A DNA stretch of 64,000 nt from an uncultured Lachnospiraceae bacterium (GTDB taxonomy: Bacteria > Bacillota > Clostridia > Christensenellales > UBA1242). This document shows positions 45,309 through 52,900 of the stretch, piece by piece. The position numbers and the translations under genes were made by a program. The DNA lies in NCBI GenBank assembly GCA_964521165.1, contig CAZFRA010000002.1, positions 2,320-66,319 on the forward strand. The letters are read 5' to 3'. A model generated the notes under the pieces. It did no database searches. It was not told the DNA's origin and worked only from the letters and a program-made list of their open reading frames with translations. Within the stretch, counting starts at the first letter, position 1; the number at the start of each line of letters is the position of its first letter.

Positions 45309-46676
45309 ATGAGTGAGTTTGAAAAAGACGACTTAATAGAAACCACGGAACCTTCTTTGGAGCAAGAAAAAAAGAAGGGTGTTTTTTCGCGCTATATAGA
45401 AAAACGTAAGAAAAAGCGTGAAGAAGATTTGAAAAAAGTGGAAGAAGAACTTGCCAATGAAGATAAGGAAAAAGTAAACGAAAAACTTGACGAAGCGGAA
45501 GTTAAGGCAAACAAAAAAAATTCTAAAAAACAAAAAATAATAAGCATTTTGTTGCTTCTTTTCAATATTGCGCTTGTTGTTGCCATTTTGCTTTGGAATA
45601 TTCTTGGAGAAGATGAGTCGACTTCGCTCGGCTCGCTGACAATCCACCCTTTGCAGTTTTTAATTTATTTAGTTATGATTGCCTTGTGTATATTTTTTGA
45701 CGTTTTCAGTTGTTGGCGAATGCTATACAAAAAGACAAGGCGGTCCAGATGGGTGCTGTCGTTTAAGGCGACGGGAATTCTTCGCTATTATGATGCAGTC
45801 ATTCCATTTTCGGGCGGCGAAGCAATGGCGGTGCAATATTTGCGTGGTCGCGATGTTGCAGGCTCGACGGCGCTTTCCATTCCTGTTGCAAAGTTTATCT
45901 TCCAACAATCCACTTGGATAATCATTTCACTTTTTTGTATTATTTTCGCACAATTTACCGCAGATTTCTATAACTATGTATCTATCACAGGTATCATCGG
46001 TTTCGTGTTGGCGTCAGGTTCGCTTTTTGTGATTATATTTCTTTCTTTGTCAAAGGGTTTTGGCAAAAAAGTGGTCTCGTGGGTATTAAAATTTCTTTGC
46101 AAAATCAAAATTCTCAAAGACTACGAAAAACAATACGAAAAAGTTTGGAATTTTGTTGCTGATTATCAAAATATTATGCGAGAATATAGCAAATCAATTT
46201 GGGATGTTATTTTCCAAATATTGCTAAATGCCGGCAAATATATCATAAACTATTCAATGCCATTCTTTGTCTATTGCGTTTTTGTTGGCTTCCCAGAAGT
46301 TGGTGCGGCTGATTTATATGGTCTTTTCTTCATTTCATCCGCTCTCATCGAATTGTCGTCAAGCTTCATTCCGTTGCCGGGCGGTTCGGGTATGAGTGAA
46401 ATTTCCTTCCAAGTTATTTTCAGTCAAATTTTGGGTGACCAAACTTTTTGGGCTCTCCTTCTTTGGCGTTTTGGAACATATTATATTTACCTTCTCCAAG
46501 GCATAAGCATCATTATATACGACACAGCTTACGGCAACCGCAAATATCAGTGGACAAAGAAACGAAATCAACTTCAAGAAGAGAGTCAACTTTTTAAAAA
46601 GACGCAAATTGATATCTTCCGCGCGCAGCGAAATAAACGTCGTAAAAAGGAAAAAGTTAAATTATTGAATAAATAA
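45309..46676 (+). CDS. Flippase-like membrane protein (UPF0104 / lysylphosphatidylglycerol-synthase TM-region family)
   Basis: About 8 TM. FIPLPGGSGMSEISF matches the family P.PGG.G..E motif. Lys/Glu-rich N-terminal extension and basic C-terminal tail. Confidence 0.7.
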   Translation: MSEFEKDDLIETTEPSLEQEKKKGVFSRYIEKRKKKREEDLKKVEEELANEDKEKVNEKLDEAEVKANKKNSKKQKIISILLLLFNIALVVAILLWNILGEDESTSLGSLTIHPLQFLIYLVMIALCIFFDVFSCWRMLYKKTRRSRWVLSFKATGILRYYDAVIPFSGGEAMAVQYLRGRDVAGSTALSIPVAKFIFQQSTWIIISLFCIIFAQFTADFYNYVSITGIIGFVLASGSLFVIIFLSLSKGFGKKVVSWVLKFLCKIKILKDYEKQYEKVWNFVADYQNIMREYSKSIWDVIFQILLNAGKYIINYSMPFFVYCVFVGFPEVGAADLYGLFFISSALIELSSSFIPLPGGSGMSEISFQVIFSQILGDQTFWALLLWRFGTYYIYLLQGISIIIYDTAYGNRKYQWTKKRNQLQEESQLFKKTQIDIFRAQRNKRRKKEKVKLLNK

Positions 46677-46701
46677 CTCGCAAAAAAAACAAACTAAGGA
46701 T

Positions 46702-47247
46702 ATGAAAAAATCGACATATCCTTGGATTTTTAGTGTCGTTGTTTTGACTGTGCTTTTGGTGATAACCTTCTTTTTGGGGTACACAGGCTATTTTTTCTCA
46801 CTGTCCTATTTGAGTTCAGAAACCGATTTGACGCTTGGCGACAGTGTTTTAATCAACATTTCGCCGAATGAAACAAGCGTAGTGTCTTACACTTTTGACG
46901 GCGCATACTTGCCGGGCGAAAGGCTGGAGCAAATTGTGCAAATTAAGGCTTCAGACCTTGAAAGTGACTTGCGCGTACGGGTGAAAGCGGAAGTTTTTTC
47001 GGAAGATGAAACTTTTGCCTTTGATTTTGTCACTACCGAAGATTTTGTAAGAGCGGATGACGGCTATTTTTATCTAAATGGCAGTTTAGCAGCAGGAAAT
47101 AAAACCACTTTTTGTACAAGCGTGATTTTGCCGAGCGAAACCGTTTTTTCGAGCGGGAAAAAATATGTTTTATCAATAATTGTGGAAAATCTAGAAGATA
47201 AATTTGATGTGGATACAATTTGGCAAATAAATAAAGAAAATACTTGA
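46702..47247 (+). CDS. Hypothetical N-terminally anchored extracytoplasmic protein
   Basis: 181 aa. One N-terminal TM (WIFSVVVLTVLLVITFFLGY) followed by a beta-rich domain. I recognise no family. Confidence 0.6.
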   Translation: MKKSTYPWIFSVVVLTVLLVITFFLGYTGYFFSLSYLSSETDLTLGDSVLINISPNETSVVSYTFDGAYLPGERLEQIVQIKASDLESDLRVRVKAEVFSEDETFAFDFVTTEDFVRADDGYFYLNGSLAAGNKTTFCTSVILPSETVFSSGKKYVLSIIVENLEDKFDVDTIWQINKENT

Positions 47248-47300
47248 TTTTGTTGGACATTTTTTGTTTTTTAGGTTAAAATAACTCTTGAGAGGTTATT

Positions 47301-47645
47301 ATGGAAGAAGAAAAGAAGGTTTTACCAACTCCACCAAAAGAATTAAATCGGAAAATGCCACCACCGCCACCAAAGAAGAGCGAAGAAACAAGCGAAATTG
47401 AAGGTAATGTGGTGCAGGAAAATTCTGTTGTCGCAAATGAGCAAGCAGAAGGGTTGCAGGCGACTTCAAAAGGACCAGAAGTTGCAAAAGCGGCAGAAGT
47501 GGAACCAACAACAGAAACGGCACAAGTGGAAAAGCCGAAAAAGAAAAAAGAACTTTTTTGGAATAGAAAACCGTTGCTTTGGTCGGGTATTGTGCTTGGA
47601 ATTGCCTTGGCGGCAGTTGTCATCTTTTGCGTCCTTGCTTTATAG
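47301..47645 (+). CDS. Hypothetical tail-anchored protein with a Pro/Glu-rich disordered N-terminus
   Basis: GAGAGG SD. PPPPPKK tract. C-terminal TM LLWSGIVLGIALAAVVIFCVLAL. The overlapping antisense ORFs look like junk. Confidence 0.55.
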   Translation: MEEEKKVLPTPPKELNRKMPPPPPKKSEETSEIEGNVVQENSVVANEQAEGLQATSKGPEVAKAAEVEPTTETAQVEKPKKKKELFWNRKPLLWSGIVLGIALAAVVIFCVLAL

Positions 47646-47740
47646 TTTAAAGTTAAAGTGAAATAATTTAAAATTACATTTTTTTCTTAAATTCAACAAT
47701 TTTTTTTGTTGGATTTTTTTATTTTGTCAAAAATGACACT

Positions 47741-48187
47741 ATGAAGAAAATTATCGTTTTGCTTTTCATTACCCTATCTCTCACCTTAACCACTTTTGCC
47801 AAATCGGGCAGTAATCCTCTTTGGAGTTTTGAAAAAGTTACTTCGGTTTGTCTGGTGGTCGACAGCGATGCGCTGGATGGTGAGAATGTGGTTGAGTGCG
47901 GCAATAAAGATTTTGTGTATATGTCAAAGGAAGAAGGTGTGAAAGTAAAGTGTAAAATTTATGCGCTTCAATTCTATTTGCAGGATGTGACACTCGGCGA
48001 ACTTCTCGACCTTCTTAAAGCGACGGTTGTTTCATATCAAGAGTTTGAGGGGTTGGAAATATACTACTGTTATACACCTTACGAGCAAGATTGTGTTTTT
48101 TTGGAAAATAAAAAAGTCAACCTTCAAATTGTTTTCAAAAATGGTGAAGTTGTGCTAGGTATGCCACTCATTCTAACAGGATATTGA
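47741..48187 (+). CDS. Small secreted protein, possibly YwmB/DUF1779-like
   Basis: Signal peptide MKKIIVLLFITLSLTLTTFA. The C-terminal ...LGMPLILTGY resembles the GTPxIxxEY ending I recall for the YwmB family. Weak call. Confidence 0.5.
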   Translation: MKKIIVLLFITLSLTLTTFAKSGSNPLWSFEKVTSVCLVVDSDALDGENVVECGNKDFVYMSKEEGVKVKCKIYALQFYLQDVTLGELLDLLKATVVSYQEFEGLEIYYCYTPYEQDCVFLENKKVNLQIVFKNGEVVLGMPLILTGY

Positions 48188-48218
48188 TTTTGAAAAATTA
48201 AAATAAAAATAGAAATTT

Positions 48219-48260
48219 TCGCAAAAAAATCGCAAAAAAATCGCAAAAATCGCAATTTTT
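48219..48260 (+). repeat. Four phased TCGCAA-A(n) direct repeats upstream of the SpoIIQ-like gene
   Basis: TCGCAA at 48219, 48230, 48241 and 48250 (spacing 11, 11, 9 nt), each followed by an A-tract. The last copy is followed by T5. Confidence 0.8.
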
Positions 48261-48309
48261 GTGTTTAAAAACTCTTCAAAACGGCAATAAAAGCGGTATG
48301 GAGGGAAAT

Positions 48310-48861
48310 ATGGAAATAACCAAATCAAACAAAATTAAAAACTTCTTCAAAAGATATGGCGTGGTATTTTTGGCTTGCGTTTTTATTGTTGCTATTGTGT
48401 TGGCAGTGAGTTTAACGGCTGTTACGCAACCAGTTTCGACAACAGAGTTAAATTTTGCAAGCCCGATGCTTAACGCTGAAATTACAAAAGACTATTCCGA
48501 CACCGAACTGCAATATAACGAAGTGTTAAATAGGTGGGAAATACATCTCGGTATCGACTTTGCGAGTGAAGATGTTGCGGTTTATTCTGTTTTGGACGGC
48601 ACCGTGGTCAGTGTGACCAACAATTCGTTGGAAGGTTATGTGGTGGAGATTGAGCACTCTGACGGCTTCACGAGCATATATTCTTCATTAAGCGAAAATG
48701 TGCTTGTGGAAGAAGGTGATACTGTGGAAAGCGGACAACAAATTGGTGAAGCGTCAAGCACTGCAAGTGCTGAGTTTGATGACTCTCAACTTCATTTTGT
48801 TCTTCTTCTAAATGGAGAAGAAGTTGACCCTAACCTATATATTGATTTGCAAAACAAATAA
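48310..48861 (+). CDS. Membrane-anchored M23/LytM-domain protein, SpoIIQ-like
   Basis: GGAGGG SD 4 nt before ATG 48310. N-terminal TM. HLGIDF (HxxxD) is present, but the distal HxH reads QLHFV, so the first His is lost. Lies upstream of spoIIID as spoIIQ does in Bacilli and Clostridia. Confidence 0.6.
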   Translation: MEITKSNKIKNFFKRYGVVFLACVFIVAIVLAVSLTAVTQPVSTTELNFASPMLNAEITKDYSDTELQYNEVLNRWEIHLGIDFASEDVAVYSVLDGTVVSVTNNSLEGYVVEIEHSDGFTSIYSSLSENVLVEEGDTVESGQQIGEASSTASAEFDDSQLHFVLLLNGEEVDPNLYIDLQNK

Positions 48862-48879
48862 CAGGCACGTCCTGTTATT
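48857..48879 (+). terminator. Hairpin overlapping the stop codon (weak terminator, no clear U-tract)
   Basis: AATAACAGG (48857-48865) / CCTGTTATT (48871-48879), 5-nt loop. Confidence 0.35.
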
Positions 48880-49027
48880 ACATATAAAATTTAAAAAAAT
48901 GCAAAAATATGATTAAATTTACTCAGTTTTTATCAATTTTTATAAGATATTGGATTTTTGATTAACCTTGCTTAATTGCTTTTATTTATAAAATTAACCA
49001 CTTTAAGAAAGAATGTTTGAAAATAAC

Positions 49028-49057
49028 TTGCCTTTTTATCTTTTTTTATGTTATCAT
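49028..49057 (+). promoter_or_regulatory. acpP promoter
   Basis: TTGCCT 49028-49033, 17-18-nt spacer, TGTTATCAT 49049-49057. This is the same extended -10 string as at 45293. Confidence 0.5.
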
Positions 49058-49080
49058 ACAAATGTATGGAGGGATAAAAA

Positions 49081-49308
49081 ATGATTGAAAAAATAAAGAA
49101 AGTTTTGGCTGACCAACTTGGAATCGACGCCAGCACAATTAAAAATGATTCAAACATTATCGAAGATTTGGGAGCAGATTCTTTGGATGTTATTGAAATG
49201 TTGATGACATTGGAAGATGAGTATGGTATCACAATTCCAGACGACAAAATCAACACTGTTAGAACAATTTCAGAAGTTGCAGAACTCATTGAAAAATGTA
49301 TGAAATAA
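49081..49308 (+). CDS. acpP: Acyl carrier protein
   Basis: 75 aa. Phosphopantetheine site DLGADSLDVIEM. GGAGGG SD. Confidence 0.9.
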   Translation: MIEKIKKVLADQLGIDASTIKNDSNIIEDLGADSLDVIEMLMTLEDEYGITIPDDKINTVRTISEVAELIEKCMK

Positions 49309-49342
49309 AACATTAGTTGACAATTTTTGTCATAATTCGACA

Positions 49343-49379
49343 AATCCTCACATAAGGTTAGTTATGGAGGATTTTTTTT
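49343..49379 (+). other. Hairpin plus U-tract that includes the spoIIID Shine-Dalgarno (terminator and/or RBS-sequestering structure)
   Basis: AATCCTC (49343-49349) pairs with GAGGATT (49367-49373). 17-nt loop, T-run 49374-49379, ATG at 49380. Confidence 0.5.
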
Positions 49380-49631
49380 ATGAAAACTTACATTGAAAAG
49401 CGGACTTTACTTGTGGCGAACTACATTCTTGACACGCACGAAACAATCAGAAAAACGGCAGAAGTTTTTAATCTTTCCAAAAGCACAGTGCACCACGACC
49501 TTGCTATGCGACTTCAAAAAATTGACAAAGGTTTATTCTTTGAAGTGAAAAAAATTTTAGATTTTAATTTTTCCGAAAAACATATAAGGGGTGGTGAATC
49601 GACCAAAAGAAAATTTTTAAATAAAAAATAA
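49380..49631 (+). CDS. spoIIID: Sporulation transcriptional regulator SpoIIID
   Basis: 83 aa. YI.ERT..VANYILDT..TIRKTAEVFNLSKSTVHHDL...EVKKILDFN.SEKHIRGGESTK is closely parallel to B. subtilis SpoIIID. Confidence 0.9.
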   Translation: MKTYIEKRTLLVANYILDTHETIRKTAEVFNLSKSTVHHDLAMRLQKIDKGLFFEVKKILDFNFSEKHIRGGESTKRKFLNKK

Positions 49632-49670
49632 AAGTAATGAAAATTAAAAAATATAAAAAAATAATAAAAA

Positions 49671-49714
49671 AATGCGAAAATTTTTGAAAAAAATGCAATT
49701 TTTTCGCATTTTTT
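49671..49714 (+). terminator. Terminator after spoIIID (long-loop hairpin)
   Basis: AATGCGAAAA (49671-49680) / TTTTCGCATT (49701-49710), then TTTT. Confidence 0.45.
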
Positions 49715-49822
49715 CATATATTTTTAAATTATTGCGCTTGGAATTTTCACGAATTTTTGATTTTTAATTTTAAAAAATATTTAAAAAATGTTTTTTTGGG
49801 TTTTTTAATATCATTTTTTTAT

Positions 49823-49852
49823 TTGACTTTAGGCGAATAGTTATATTATAAT
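49823..49852 (+). promoter_or_regulatory. Promoter of the giant lipoprotein gene
   Basis: TTGACT 49823-49828, 18 nt, TATAAT 49847-49852. Leaves a roughly 65-nt 5' UTR with an AGGAGG SD at 49915-49920. Confidence 0.6.
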
Positions 49853-49925
49853 TATTTTGTAAATAATTCTACGCACGATTTAATAAATTTATTTGCAAAT
49901 GCAAATATTAGTTAAGGAGGCATTG

Positions 49926-52900
49926 ATGAAAAAAGTCGCATTAGGTTTTCTTACGATGATAATGCTGTTTGGTGGGGTGATTCTCTCGGCTTGTAACGAG
50001 AAGAATATTTCACTTTCATTGTCTGCCAGCGAAGTAACTCTTGCCACAAACAACAGCCAACAAGATTCTTCAACGGACATCGTTGTCACACTTAGCGGTT
50101 CAAGTGCGGGTATCACAGCAATTCCAGTTTCGCAAGACGATATTGTGGAAGTTTCCACACCTGTCGCAACCGGCAATGGAACTTACACCTTCACGATAAC
50201 TTCTTTAAGAAGTGGAACTGCTCAAATCAGAGTTTCAGCGATTGAAGATTCCAGTGTTTACAAAGATGTGACCGTCAATGTCAAAACTTACATAGAAAGT
50301 GTTACGAGTCTTGATCTAACCGACTCGGACGGCAGAAGTGAACTTTATGTTATCAAAGGTGGCGAAGGAAAAGATTTGACGCCTTCTTCATATTTCAACC
50401 TAGAACCTTTGGATGCCAATGTTATGGATATCACTTGGTCGTTTGAAAGTGGTAGTGTGGAATACTATAACAACTCGCAACTCGTGGCAGAAATTGTAGA
50501 TAATCAAACGCTTTATGTTTACGAAAACTTTAACCTTGATGAAATTACTCTTGTGGCATACTCAGCGCAAATGCCGACTGTTAGCGAAGAAGTGACTTTT
50601 GCAGTTATTTCAAGTTCCAGTCTTTCTTCAATATCTATTGGTAGTGGTGGGAATATTGAACTTATAAGAAATGATGCGAACAATTCGTCGGTTACTGGCA
50701 CGATTATTGTTAACACATTTGATGAAGATATGACGGTGGAACTTGAAGTTTACCGCACCCTCACCAGTGGTGCATATTATCAAGTTTCAAATTATGCCGA
50801 CTACTTAAAATTTGAGCCAACATATTCCTATGACGAAGATAGGCAACAACTGACGATAACCTTCACACTTGATGCACAAGACGAAGATAGCAAAAATGTG
50901 AGTGGAAATATTTTTGTGCAATTCAAGTTTGAGTATAGTGAATACACCTACGACTTTTACGCATTCGACACAACAGATGATTATGTCAGCATAAACACAT
51001 ATTACATTCCAATCTCTTTGACCGTTCGTGACAGCAGTTACAGCTCGATAAATAACACTATCGACATTTATTCGAATTATGTTTCTGGCTGGGGCTATGA
51101 ATTGCTTGTTAATATTTATCCGGACAATGTTACACTCAACGACAATGCCTTCCAAATCTCGATTGAAGGTGCTGGACTTTATACCGATTCGAACTATTAC
51201 ATCAAGGTTTATAACGAAAACTATCAACTTGTCGAATTTTCGCAATATGAAGGTTCTTCCACCTGGCTTTCTGAAAAAATAACAAGTGGGTCGAAAATAT
51301 ATATCCAAGCAGGTGACGGCAATTTCTCGACTGTGGAAGACTTTGTGATAACCTTTGTTGCTTGCGGAAATGGCACAGCGAAACAGTCAATCACAGCAGA
51401 TCTCTATCGTGTTTCCGACGATGACGAATTGCTTTTGTATGAATACTCAATTGATGCCGCAACTGGCGCGCACAATGTTGGTAGTCAATTTGACTATACA
51501 AGCACCTATTATATCTCTTCGGGCGTTGAATCAATGACAAGAATCTTTTATTTGCGTTTGTATGGCTACACATCCACTCAGGGTTTAACTTTGAACTACA
51601 CGCAAAATGATAATATCTCAATCTCATATACAACGAGTGGCAGTTATGCCGAAGGAGATGATGTTGATGAATATTACGTCGATCTCGTCGTTACCGTTGA
51701 AATCAAAAACGAAGGTTATGAAGGTGAGTTTAGTTTCTGGTTTACGCACAAAACGGGTGCTGAAAGTGGAATAATTTCCACATATGCGTTTGCACCACTC
51801 ACCGATGTCGTTTTGGTGAATGGTAGTGCCGGTTCAACAAGTATATATTACGATGCCACCGACACACAAAACTATGTGCAAACTATGGTGGACGGTGAAA
51901 CAGTTATTTTTGCAAGTGCGGATTATGTGAGCACAGGTACTCTTTCTTCCATTTTGGTTTCAGCAGGTTCCAATTTTAGTCTTGGCCTTGACTATGGCGG
52001 AGCAACGCTTAACACCACAAGTACAACTGCTGGATATTATTTTGCTTATCTAGATTTGGAAACTTTCACAACTGACAACGGAAACCTTTTGGCAGACTTG
52101 AGCGATGACGAAATTTCTGAAATTTTCTTTAATCTGAATAACGGCGGCATTTTTAACAACGAAAATTATATTTATAACTTTAAAACTGAAAACAACACAT
52201 ATTTTACATATACCAATGGCTCTTTGCGTGTGGCAAGTGATAACGGCGAATTTGTTATCTATGTTGCAGTTTTCTTCAATGGTTACAACGAATCACACGA
52301 AGAAATCACGCTTGTGAGAGTGTTTAGACTGGAAAGTTTTTATCCAGTAAGTTCGTTGAGAAGTGATGTAACAAATGCCAATCTTTATGCCAGCGAAAGT
52401 TTAAGCACAACCGAATCCGACCTTTCTTATGTTGTTGTGACTGTGTCTTTGCGTCACGATAATTATTCTCCAACTTATTTGGACCTTTCAAATTTCTCGG
52501 TTTCTCTTTTGAATGACTTTTCAGACGATTGGTATTCAATGAGTGAAACAGTCATTACGGATGGCTATGTCAGCATCTCAAACATTCGGCTGGTAACATC
52601 TTCTTCCGCCACCACTTTGGAATTTAGAATAACAGCAATTTCCACACAATTTAATTCCAGTGTTTTGGATATCATCACTTTGCGCTATCAGTTAAACTAT
52701 GAAAACACAAGTGTTTCTTATTTAACAACCACAATTGATATCAACATTAGTCAAGCAGACCGAGTTGAAAAAGTGGAGTGGATAAACGAAACGGAAGATG
52801 GTGAAGTGTATTTGAACCTATATTCCAATGACACTTCGGACCAACTCTTTACAATTTCCACATCAGTTTCACCAAGCAATGCGGAGAATAAAACTTTAAC

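Noticed and set aside
47276-47661. Three overlapping alternative ORFs (47276-47623 minus, 47299-47523 minus, 47398-47661 plus) competing with 47301-47645(+).
   Set aside because: Only 47301-47645(+) has an SD (GAGAGG 5 nt upstream) and a coherent architecture (disordered N-terminus plus C-terminal TM). The others are Ser/Phe/Gly- or Lys/Arg-rich mirror frames of a purine-rich coding strand.
48219-48260. The short direct repeats considered as a CRISPR array or minisatellite.
   Set aside because: The units are 9-11 nt with no spacers of unique sequence, and there are no cas genes. It is better described as phased A-tract or binding-site repeats.
48261-49080. Assignment of SigF/SigG/SigE-type sporulation promoters upstream of the SpoIIQ-like gene, acpP (CATACAAAT at about 49055) and spoIIID.
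   Set aside because: Only partial matches to the remembered consensus sequences were found. I cannot score them properly by eye, so they are not reported as features.
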